Below, in pieces: positions 1 to 10,634 of a stretch of 64,000 bases of DNA (its first letter is position 1; each line of letters starts with the position of its first letter). This DNA comes from the human T2T-CHM13v2.0 reference genome, Homo sapiens. The DNA lies in NCBI RefSeq assembly GCF_009914755.1, contig NC_060926.1; one strand, written 5' to 3'. A program made the translations under genes and the position numbers. The notes below the pieces were generated by a model, which saw nothing but the letters and a program-made list of their open reading frames with translations, made no database searches and was not told the DNA's origin.

Positions 1-199
1 TTGTATTCTGTGACCTTGTTAAATTCATTTATTAGGTCCTAGTAGGATTTTTTATGTATAAGGTCAAGTAATCTGTAAATAAAGACAGCTTTAATTTTTC
101 CTTTCCAATCAATATGACTTTTTCTTTCCTTGTTACACTAGCTAGAACCTCCAGTAAAATGGTGACTAGAAGAGATGAGAATGGACATCCTTATTTTAT

Positions 200-600
200 T
201 CTCCCATCCAAGTACTAATGAGTTCTGTCCCTTCTTGCCCTCCTTGGTTTCTTTTTTTTTTTTCCGAGACAGTCTCGCTCTGTCGCCCAGGCTGGAGTGC
301 AGTGGTAGGATCTCGGCTCACTGCAGCCCCCACCTCCTGGGTTCAAGCAATTCTCCCTGCCTCAGCCTTTCGAGTAGCTGGCACTATAGGCACCCACCAC
401 CATGCCAAGCTAATTTTTGTATTTTTAGTAGAGATGCCATTTTGCCATGTTGGCCAGGCTGGTCTTGAACTCCTGACCTGAGGTGATCTGCCTGCCTTGG
501 CCTCCCAAAGTGCTGGGATTATAGGCATGAGCCACCATGCTTGGCCCCTCCCTACTTTCTGAGATCAGACAGGTACGTTCAAAGTGGTATGGCCATATAC
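200..600 (-). pseudogene. 5S rRNA retropseudogene, 3'-truncated and split by an Alu insertion
   Basis: 200-238 'tctcccatccaagtactaa...' and ~550-600 'tttctgagatcagac..cgttcaaagtggtatggccatatac' match the reverse complement of 5S rRNA; flanked by direct repeat tttattctc (195-203, 601-609). Confidence 0.88.
251..546 (-). mobile_element. Alu (AluS-type), inserted inside the 5S pseudogene
   Basis: Poly-T followed by the full antisense Alu dimer ending 'gccaccatgcttggcc'. Confidence 0.95.
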
Positions 601-787
601 TTTATTCTCAGATTTAGAAGGAAAGCATGGAGTCTTTCACCATAAACATGTTGTTATCTGTTGGTATTCATAGATGCACTTTATCACACCAACAAAGTTC
701 CCTTCTATTCTTAGTATGTTGAGCATTTTACCGTGAATCGGTGTTGTATCTTGTCAATTGCTTTTTCTGGCACATATTGTCATCTTC

Positions 788-1341
788 ATTTTTTTTTTTT
801 TTGTATTTTAAAAATTAACTACAGACAAATGTGGCAGTTCCTGACAAGATGATGTATTAGTAGGTACTGTTGTCTTGCTGTCCTGATCCAACCCCAGGGA
901 TGTACAGAAAACAACAATAAACAGTGGCCCAGGGATGTAAAGGGCCAGGCATCACGGCTGAAGGATAGAGTGGGGGCATATATTTTTTGAATGATTCATT
1001 TTCTCTCTGCTACTGCTTTAATAACCTTCTTTCTACCTCTACGAAGCAGACAAAGAGCTCTGAAGTTCAGGAAATAATGAGGTCATATTTTCTGAGGATT
1101 TATTTTAGAAGAACTTCAGATCTAGCATTTTACAACAGCCCTCTACTGTGGTGATCATTTGATGACCCAGTGTTAGCACTGAGTAAAGAGCTGCTTTCCA
1201 GCTGGAGATGATGGGTGACTTGCCAGGTGCCCTGCATCTGTCTGACAACCTTCTTCTACTTTGAGCTTTGCACAAAGCTGCTGGCTGTATGGGATCTGGC
1301 AGTAATTAGCACACTTCCAACATAGGTCCACTTACGGTAAG
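788..1341 (-). other. Unidentified poly(A)-tailed retrotransposed insert (~550 bp) with a 15-bp TSD
   Basis: Poly-T at 789-802; near-perfect direct repeat tgtca(t/c)cttcatttt at 778-792 and 1342-1356; interrupts L1 sequence. Confidence 0.6.
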
Positions 1342-2320
1342 TGTCACCTTCATTTTGAAGAACAGTTTTGCTAGATATAGAATTCTTGACAGGTTTTTTC
1401 TTTCAGCATTTTGAATACGTCCTTTTACTATCCTCTAGTTTGTTTTGTTTCTAATGAGAGGTCAGCTGTTAATTTTACTGTGATTCCCTTGTGTAAAATG
1501 AGTTGTTATTTTCTTGCTGCCTCAAAATTTTCTTGTTATTTTTGTCTTTCAGCAGGCTAAGATGTATCTAGTTGTGCCTCTCTTTATGTTTATTCTATTT
1601 GGTGTTTGCTGAGTGTCTTTGATGTGTGGATTAAGATTTTAAACAGATTGGGGAAGTTTTAGGACATTGCTTCTTCAAATATTTTTTCTATACCCTTCTA
1701 TCCCTCCTTTCCTCCTGGGGCTCCCAGCATAAATTGGTATACTTCGATTCTGTCCCACAAGTCCCAGCAGCTTTGTTCATTTTTCTTCAATCTTTCTCCT
1801 ATTCTTTAGGTTGGATAGTTTCTATTAGTCTGTCTTCAAGTTCACTGATTTCTTGTTCTGCCATCACAAATTTGCTATGGAACCCATACAGCAGATTTTT
1901 AAATTGTTATATTTTTCAACTCTAAAATTTTTCATTTCTTTTTCATAGTTTCTATTTCTCTATTTAGAGTCCATATTTGTTGAGTCATTTCATCTTTAAG
2001 TTTTAAAACATACTTATACTAGCTGTTTTGAATTAGTTGTATACTAAATCCAACAAGTGGGGTCACTTAGAGTATCTAATGGCTGATTATTTTCCTGAAT
2101 TTCAGTCACACTTTCCTGTTTTTATGCAGGTCTCATAATTTTTGTTGATAATTCAGTATTTTAAATAAAATATAGTAGCAATTTTGGATGACATCTGATT
2201 TTCCTCCTGAGAAATTTTTAAATTGCTGGAACTTAAACATCAGAGTCTATTTCTCCTGCATTGTATAACTACTGATGTCTCTAATAAATTATTTTTATTT
2301 TCCAGCCTGATTCCTAAAAT
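1342..2320 (-). mobile_element. Old L1 (L1M) fragment
   Basis: Antisense L1M motifs 'cttcattttgaag..ttttgctagatatagaattcttg', 'tgggaagttt..cattgcttcttcaaatattttttct', 'tcttcaagttcactgatt'. Confidence 0.75.
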
Positions 2321-2824
2321 GTATAATAGAAATACAAGTTCCAATATTTTCTTCCCATACCAATGATGCGGCAAAATGATTCTACCCTGAAAAAACAATT
2401 ATATCACTAATTTTCTCAAAGTTCTCTTATCTTCAACTTGAAAGGATGAGAACAGATTGTTGAGGAATAAAGGGCTTTGATATGGGAGAGTAGGGGATAG
2501 AGACACCGCACTAAAAAAAATTCTTTTGCCTAACTCAGGTTGGCAACAATTTGATACTAGATAGGTAATTCATTTTCTACTATTTACTTATTAAAAAAAA
2601 CTTTAGGCTGTTACTCTTCATAGTTCATCAAGTCATAATATCTGTTTTCTTTTGTTGTAAAATATTTGCATAATTTGTAAATGAAGCCTTGGATGGCAAG
2701 GAACAGGGACTCACTAAAGGCAAACAAGGAAAAGAATGGAGTAGGGATGATCACAGGAAACAAAAATCTCACAAAACAAAAAGAAAATGAAGTTTATTTA
2801 AGTATGACCTTATGAGGAGAATAG

Positions 2825-3359
2825 TGTAAAGAAGGAAAAACACTTTTCCTCTATCCTCTTACCTTCAATGTCTGAGAATTAAACTGATAAAAGACAGACT
2901 GACAAGAGAAAAAACATTTAATTACATATGTGCACAAAGCCTTCACAAATAAATGTGACTCAAGGAGGCAATTAGAATTTTTGACCTATACCATAGTAAC
3001 AGAAGTGATTAAGTGTGAAGAGGCTACACAAAGGAAAGGGGGTATGGGGCTTCCTGTGGAGAACAGGGGTGAGGGAGGAAGTTAGGAAAGGTGCTAGGAA
3101 ACGTATGATAAATAAGGGTTGTCTAGTAAGGTGTGTTATATGCATAAGCGTCCTCAAGAGATATTTCCAAGTAGATCCTTTCCTGGTAGTAGAGAGGCAG
3201 ACAACTTTATAAATGGAAATTTATGGCCTACTCTTAGACAGAAAAGCAGGAGGGAAAAAGAGTTTTTCTTGTATCTGCTATTTCTCAATTGCTTTCAGCT
3301 CAAAATATTCCTTATGCCAAAATGGCACATTTTGGGGTAGGCATATTGTGGTCCCTTCA
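2825..3359 (-). mobile_element. Solo ERV1 LTR (MER34/MER39-like)
   Basis: TG...CA termini, 4-bp TSD ATAG (2821-2824, 3360-3363), terminal 'atgccaaaatggcacattttgggg..gcatatt..cccttca' typical of the MER34/39 group. Confidence 0.75.
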
Positions 3360-4899
3360 ATAGGAACCCAGAAAACATCAGGACCAAGACAGCTGCTCTC
3401 TCTGGTTCTCTTGTTCTCTTAATTTCAAATTCCCTGGAAAATAATCTGATTGGCATCATTACCAGTTAGGGGTCAATGGTTAGGCAGTGGATTGGCTACA
3501 TGGCTCAGGTCTCCCCACAGGGGCTGATGCCTTGCCAGGTGCATTGTTATGAGGTGTGCAGGGCTGCCTCCTTCAAGGGCTGTGGATATACGTACTAGGA
3601 AGCATTTCTATTACACATACCAGATGTTTGACACCATTCTGATTTTATGAAGTTGTTAAAATCTCATGACCCCACTGTTTTCCAAGAGACAGGACAACCT
3701 AGAAGTTTCACATACCAAAAAATGTAACCCTTAACTTGCTTAGCAAAGCTGAGTTTCAAAACCTCTATTCTGCTCTATCATACTTTATCTGATTTTTCCA
3801 CATTGTACAGCTAATCCCAACTTTTCCTAATTCTCTCCCAACATCCTGATTCCAATTTTTTATTGTTCAAAGTCAAGTTCTTCCAAGAACTAAACAAAGG
3901 ACTAATAAATATTGGCTTTTCTTAGTGTGGGAGGTGCTTCAGCAGTTTAAGGCAGTGAGGGACACAATCATGATCATGATGTGGATCCTATCCCTTAGGG
4001 GAAAAGGCTCACACAAAAATAACCACACCATTTGATATAGAGTGTCAAGGGTCACAATACAGTAAGGAAGAACTCACCCTCTCAAGAAGGGGGAAGGCCA
4101 GGAAACTTTCAGAAAGTTTTTACAGGTAATCATTAGGCAGAGCCATGGGAGGATTTGTATAATATATTCAGAGGATGGGGATGGGGTGGGGCTCAGCCAA
4201 TCCTGAAACCACCAGAGCCACCTGAGCGGAACTATTATTAAGCCCTAGCAACCCTTCTCAGGCCCCGCTTATTCCATTACTCTCTTTCCCTCCTTTGCCA
4301 CCCACCTCTGTTTTAACATTCCTCTTTAAAAAGAAAACCCCAAAATTATCAGTATTGGCGTACTTTTTGAAGATTTTATCTTCACCTCCCCCACTCCTCC
4401 ATAGACACCCAGGTATGACAAGAGACTCAGTGCTCCTGCTTCCTCCTATTCCTTGCTGCCTCTGCTATGCTTCTTAGGGAATTTACCACTAATCTTTAGG
4501 GGATAATATGAAAAAAATAAACATTGGAAAGTTACAAAGTTTTCGTAATCTTAAAAGTTTCAGGTAGACTTCTTTCTGAGCTGGTAATTGAAAAGTTGTT
4601 TGGATTTCTGCTGTTTACTTTCGTTCTTGAGGGTGGAGTCACCAGACCTCCTAATATTCTAACCTTGCCCTGGGCCCCAGTGTCAGCCTGAGCACAGGCC
4701 CTCTCCCCACCCCTACTTTCCAGCACTTTTCCCAAGGTGGCCAGGCTAGCAGTTTAAATCATCCTCTTCTCAAGCCAGTCATTTGCATTTCTGTGGATCC
4801 TCAGGCTAGGTAACAGTGGTTTCATTCCTTCACTGGAAATCTGGAATTGGGCCATTCCAACTTGGAGGCAAAGGACATTTTTGTAGGAGAGAACTTAAT

Positions 4900-5385
4900 T
4901 GGCAAAATAAGCTAGGATTTTGAGGACAAAGAGCACAATCTTCAAAATCATTTCAGTGGTATTCAAGGGCCAAAACATTGGCAACAAAGTAGAAACCTCA
5001 AGAAATTCCCTTCAGACAGTTTCTTGGTGAAAAGAAAGGCCAATAGATAGAGATGGTGGTAGGGTAGAAGGAAGGTGGTTTTACCAAAAGCCAGATATTT
5101 GGAAGGCTTAGGAAAAATCTTTGGAGGAGAGGTTGTAACACATCATGTAAGAGAGAAATTATAATCAATAGAGCAAAATCCTGGTAGAGAGAAGATGGCT
5201 CATGTTTAGGAGCATAAGTGGAGTATGAGCCTTGAAGAGAAATGTGGTCACCCTTCTCAGCCATGACTGAAGGAGGTGAAGATGTGTGAAAACTAGGACT
5301 GAGGTTTAAGAAAGTTAAGTTGAGGAACCTCATGGTGGATCCTTCAGTAGAGTACGAGGCAAGATCATTTGCAGAAGTGCAGGAA
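4900..5385 (-). mobile_element. L2 LINE ORF2 (RT region) remnant
   Basis: The minus ORF 4998-5333 (STYAPKHEPSSLYQDFA...KPPSFYPTTISIYWPF) resembles degenerate L2 'STCALDPIPSHLLKD..KKPSLDPT..YRPISL'; antisense L2 motif 'gaggcaagatcatttgc'. Confidence 0.6.
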
Positions 5386-7172
5386 AACCACGTAAAGTGG
5401 GGGCTTCAGGAGAGCAGACATTGGACAGGTTTGGAAGTGGCCTGGATAATGTTCCTGGATAAGTGTTCCAGATAATCATCCTCCTGATGAGGAAAGGAAC
5501 TGAGAATCAGTGAAGACACAGCCAAGTCTGAATAGCATGAACTTTTAGTGGAATGAAGTGATTCTTTAACCTTGTCTAGCAATGCTTAGTAGCGCAGGAG
5601 CAAGTTCAAAAGAAACCTTTCAACTAAATACAAAAATAAACAAAAAAATTAATGTTGAGTGGCAACTTATTTCAGGGGACATTATTCATGGTGGATTTCA
5701 GTAACATTTTAATTATGACAAACACGAAATCTACAATATCAAAATAGTCATCTGAGAAAAACACCCACACAAAAAGATTATTGGAGTAATAATCTTTTAT
5801 TTTCTTCTTTCTATGCTAGCCTAAGGCAAGAGAAAAGACCCATTTTTTCTTTCCATTAGACACAACTTTCATTCATTTGATGTTATTGAAATTTAAAAGA
5901 AGCAAAATCATTGGTATCTTTTCATTAAACACGTGTCTCATATAACAATTTGTGGTTTACTTTTTCTGTTCTATAAACAAAAACACACATTAAAAAGCCG
6001 GAAGAAGTAAAAAACAGCCTATTTCCATGATGGCCAGCCATGGCACAGCACTTCCTGGCCCCTGCTGATCCCTTCTCAATTCTGAAAATATTTAGGGGGA
6101 ACATACACACGTTCACCTGTTTTGTTCCACAGTCCTACCCTGTGTAGGACTGTCAACTGAGTTCACATTTTACTACAAATGTGGAGAGGTTTTTTTTTTT
6201 CCAATCAAGGCACCATATTAACATTTCTTAGGTTACATCTTTGTAATCTTCAATTATAGTAAGATAAAAACCAGTAGCAAAGCATATCACCCAACTTAAA
6301 ATTCAGAACAATACTTAGACATATGCAGCTTGCACACACATTAACCTGTTTCTCCCAACAAAATATTTGTAATTTCCAAAATCCTATCAGCTTTTTCACA
6401 CAATATGGTCCCTCCAATTTGAGGGGTAGTAACATAAACATAGTCTCCTTACTAAAGAGATTAGTCTAAAAAAAGTAAAATCGCCAAAAGAATGTAAGAA
6501 TATCAGTGGCTATAGGCTAGAGCAATATCATCTTTTAAAGCCTAATATGTTCATGAAATCTCACTTTAAGAAGGTGATATCTAAACATAAAATTTATTGA
6601 CAAAAAACAATTAGTATTGATAAACCACCACAAAATGATTTTAAATGAAAGTAGAAGACATTATTAAAGCTCAAGATTTTTGCGTGTACTGATTTCATGC
6701 CTCAGGTTATTTCCATATCAAATTTAAAGAGATACTGGAAAATAGAAAACAAAATCCATCAACTGTAATCCATTTCCCTTACTCTTTTGTGAAATCATCA
6801 CAAGGTGTGAAGGATTGTTTCTGTTTCCTCTATCTTTAACAAGCCTGTAACCTCTCAAGTGAAAGAACATGCACCTGTCAAGCTCATAGTGCGGGATGTA
6901 CACACAGATGTGTTTAATAAATATCTGCCCACAGGGAGATTAGAGGTTTGCTTTGAGAATCAGGGAACAGGCTAGCTCATGTGTTGACGCTTTGGCATCT
7001 ATCATACAATCCGCCACCTCGTTCCTTTACCAAAATATCCTCAAAGGAAATCCTCTTTGAGTCTTTCAGAAGAGTTATGAGTTTGAGGACCCAAAACGTT
7101 GAGGAAAGATCCACCCCAGGGAAGGGGGAGTGGCTGCAGAGAACAAACATAAGTAGGATTTAGGTGGCTCAG

Positions 7173-7180
7173 TGACGTCA
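7173..7180. promoter_or_regulatory. Full palindromic CRE (TGACGTCA)
   Basis: Exact octamer ~0.55 kb upstream of the likely TSS region. Confidence 0.55.
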
Positions 7181-7581
7181 GGAGGAAGCAGCGATGGAAG
7201 GGATGGGGTGCAAACTCACCTGGAGAAGCAGAAGCTGCACACATGTCAAAGGTCAAAGGGCATAGCCTCAGGGACTCCCCAAACGCAGGAAAAGTGAAAC
7301 GCCCACTCCTGGGCTCTCGCCGTCAGGGGTACATCTAAGGGCTCAGCTGTTCCTACCTTTGACGCCAGGGACAAACCCTACCAGGCACAGTTGGGATTGG
7401 CAGTAAGGCAAGGAAAGCCTGCCCCAGATTTCAGAGCCAGCGCTGGGGAATCTCCCTGTCCTCTCCGCCACCCCCTCCCGCGCCCGAGACCTGAGACACC
7501 TTCTCTCTCACACCCACCCTCTCCAGGCCCTCTCGCGCTGAACAGCATCGGTCTCTATGGCGACCTGAAACCGCAGCTCCC

Positions 7582-7644
7582 ATTGGCCTGTTCAATATGA
7601 GGGCCGGGCCAATGGGGAGGGCCAGCCCTCTCCTTCCCGCCAAT
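7582..7644. promoter_or_regulatory. Three clustered CCAAT (NF-Y) boxes
   Basis: ATTGG 7582-7586, CCAAT 7609-7613 and CCAAT 7640-7644, followed by half-CRE TGACGT 7681-7686. Confidence 0.75.
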
Positions 7645-7812
7645 GGGGTGGCGGGAGCTGGCCCGGGGACGGCGGCGTGCTGACGTTCCCGGGAGCCCGG
7701 GGCTGGCCGGGCGGGAGGGCTGGCAGCGGGGCGGGCGGCGGCGGCGGCCTCTGGGCAGTAGAGGGGGCTCCGGGGCTGAGTCCGCGTCGACGCCGGCCGC
7801 GGAGGCGGCACC

Positions 7813-7827
7813 ATGGGCAAGGGGTAG
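7813..7827 (+). other. uORF1 (MGKG*) in perfect Kozak context
   Basis: GCGGCACC ATG GGC AAG GGG TAG. Confidence 0.55.
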
Positions 7828-7976
7828 AGGGGCAAGTTGGCCACCGCCGCCGCCGGGGGTGGTGGGAGAGCCGCTCCGGGGGCGGGGGCCGGTGGGGGAG
7901 GGAGGGGCGGGCAGCCGCGCCGCCGCGGCACTTTTTTAATTTTTTCGGGTGCCGCAGCGGCGACCCCTCGGCGCCG

Positions 7977-8015
7977 ATGTCCCTGATCCCTGGAGCGACG
8001 ACGGCCGCTGCCTAA
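7977..8015 (+). other. uORF2 (MSLIPGATTAAA*)
   Basis: ATG at 7977 and TAA ending at 8015, 8 nt before the donor site. Confidence 0.5.
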
Positions 8016-10594
8016 GCTGGAAAGTAAGTGTGTGGGCTCGCGGGAGGGCGCGGAGACTCCTGCCCACGAGACCCTCGGCCCTCGCCCCGAACACGCGCCA
8101 GGGCCAGGACCTGCGCGCCGGGGGCCGGGGGCCTCCCTCCCGCTGCCGCGTCCCCGGCGCCTTGCGGCCGCCGCGGCTTTCCTGCCCCGCCTCGTGTTCC
8201 TGCCCGCACTCGCCTGCTGCTCCCCTCCCCCCGGCAGGCGCACAAGTTTCACCCTCCATTTGCTTTTCCCGGCGATTCCTCTCCCCGGTCTCCCGTACGC
8301 GCAGCGCACGACCTCTGCCCACGCTGGGCTGTTCGGATTCAGAGCTCCCAGCCCCGAACTTGAGCGCCGCGCTGAGCCCTGCTGGACGCCCTCGCGGCGG
8401 CTTCCCCGCTGCCTGCCGCCCCGCGCCCCAAGTCGCCCTCGACACCACTGGGCGCCCGCCCTCCTCAGCACTCGGGGCCGGCTGTCTGTCCTTCTAGCCC
8501 CAGATCCTGCACCTTGGTCCCCTCCCCGTCTTCCCACGCCCCTGCTGCCCGCGCGGTCTTGCGTTTGTCCCCGAAGTCCTGTACTCCTTGCCGGTCCTGC
8601 CCACTCCTCTGCCTAGTGCGCCCCTCTCTACCGGCCGCGGATCCTCACGCTCCACCCCTCCCGGCTCCCCAGCGCCGAGCCTCGCCGCTGCCCTCCTGCG
8701 CCGCCGCTTCCTCCTCTCCCTGCCAGGAGTTGAAGCGGAGCTGCGGCACCTCCCTGGCGGATCTGGTATCCCCGCCCGCTGCCGAGGCTGCCGGCCCTCT
8801 CCCCTGGACCGCTACCCGGAGAGCGAGCGGCGGGGCCGGGATTTGGCTGCGTGTTGGCTGAGTGCGACACACCGCGAGCGCGGGCAGTGGAGGTGCCGCG
8901 GCGGCCGTGGCCGCTCGGGGCGCAGCGGTAGTCAGGTGTGTGTGTACAGCGGGGGACGCGCGCTGCCGGCTCCTGGGCTGGCGACAGATTGTGCAGGAAT
9001 GCGAGGAATGCACCAGGGGCAGAGTCCACACAGCCCGCCGCGGCTGCCCTAGCGCCTTCCCTCCCCAGCTCTCGCCGCGCAGCCAGAGGTCACCGGAGCA
9101 TCTTCGGAGCTGGTGAGCCTCATTCCACTCCTCTCCTCCCATAGCTTCCCTCCATGCGGCAGAGGGGAAGCGCGGTAATTCTTTGGGGCTCCAGCTAGCC
9201 TTTCGTCTGGGTTTTTGCTGCATTGGTCTTCAGGACCGTGAATTTGGGGCCGATGACTGTGTAGCCAAGGTTATTGATCATTGCACAGGGCTGTTTGCAA
9301 GTTTGGTGTGCAAGGTTTGGATAGTGCCTGGTTTTCACTAGGGTTTTCTGAAAACCAGCAGAAACAGGGGGCCTGAAGGTTGTTAGAGTAATGAGCTTGC
9401 AGCCAACATATTTTAGCTCTATCAAAAAATGCCTGTTAGTGCTCACGGGCATGTACTGCGAGAGAGATCTTGAATGCATCACTTTGGTATCCTAAGAAGT
9501 GTAATTTTTTTCCCTCGTCATACTGGGCTGTGTTTAGACCTCGTATAATACATAATGAATAGAAACAGAGAAGCACTGTTCGGTCAGCGATGGGACAGAT
9601 AGAACTGTCTGGTACAGTTAAATTCGGGACGTGTCAGTTACCATTGAAAGTAACACGGGGACACCACAATCATGTATATTTCAAGATGTAATTTATTAGT
9701 GGAGGTCTCAGTTTTTTCTCTTTGTTACTGAGTTTGACTGAAAAAAAAAAATAAATGCTGCCCTACAAGTTTTAAAGAACGGTAATTATTTACGTGTAAA
9801 ATCAATGATGGCTAGTATGCATTTTTGGTCAAATTTTGTTTTCCTTAATACGGGAGAGCAAAATTTTGACAGAAAATGGTTCGCTAGAATTGAGCTTAGA
9901 TTCTTTTTATTTTTAAAGAGAAACTAGAAGAATGCTTCTCTTCTTGAATGCAGTATATTGCTGTAGGAGTATCTTCGTTTTGGTGCCTGTGAAACAGTTA
10001 TGGAAAATGGCAACATGAAAACGAGAACAACTAATGTCTGAAATAAGTGTTTCTGGATGTTGAAAAGCATCATATGTGTGTTTTTATTTGACACAATTTG
10101 CTTTGCAGGTTGCATTTATGATAAACCTCTTTGCACCTGGTTATTTTATGTCAGATTCAGTAAAATAATAAGTCAGTTGTCTGACCAATCAGCTTTCTTC
10201 CAACACCTACTTTGTGTAGATCATGGACATTGAAAACTATTAAATAGGAGCCTTTAGTTAAGGACTCAACAGAAAGGAAAAAAAATAGAAAAAAATATTT
10301 TGCACTCAGAAACGTTTATGTTTTGGTTGCTACGTTGTTTTTCAGCTATGTGCATAATCAGTGAATCTTCTAATTTAGAGGTTTAATTTGTGTCCAGTAA
10401 CACTGTGGAGGATATTGGGAGGTGTTTGTAAATGCCAACAGGAAACTTTTATTATGTAACAGTATCATATTACAGCAGTGTTTAACCCATGCTTAACCCG
10501 TGCTTTTTTGACTTGATGTCAAGATTGGGAAGTAAAAGCAAATTTAGTTTCCCTGCCGCATTAGAAATTGAAAACCCTGTTCAGATGTATGGAT

Positions 10595-10634
10595 CACACA
10601 CACACACACACACACACACGACACACACACACAC
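10595..10634. repeat. (CA)n microsatellite, interrupted
   Basis: Read directly from the sequence. Confidence 0.95.

Larger units (their letters stand above)
1..780 (-). mobile_element. Old L1 (L1M-type) ORF2 fragment, interrupted by a 5S pseudogene and an Alu
   Basis: Antisense L1M-like motifs such as 'ttccaatc..tttctttcc..gctagaacctccagta', 'ggacatcctt', 'gtctttcaccat', 'aagttcccttctattc'. Confidence 0.7.
7750..8023 (+). other. Probable first (5'UTR) exon of an unidentified gene; start approximate
   Basis: Lies downstream of CCAAT/GC boxes; strong donor GAAA|GTAAGT at 8023/8024; both ATG frames stop within the exon. Confidence 0.7.
7430..9200. promoter_or_regulatory. CpG island / TATA-less promoter
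   Basis: Very high GC and CpG density against an AT-rich, CpG-depleted background; GC boxes (e.g. GGGGCGGGC 7728-7736). Confidence 0.95.

Noticed and set aside
7750-8023. Assigning a gene symbol to the host gene
   Set aside because: No coding exon is visible and I do not reliably recognise the 5'UTR; a BLAT search of 7750-8023 would settle it.
7391-9223. Many long overlapping ORFs (up to 368 aa) in the CpG island
   Set aside because: They are Arg/Gly/Pro/Ala-rich in all frames and on both strands, as expected from stop-codon depletion in GC-rich DNA, and have no recognisable domain.
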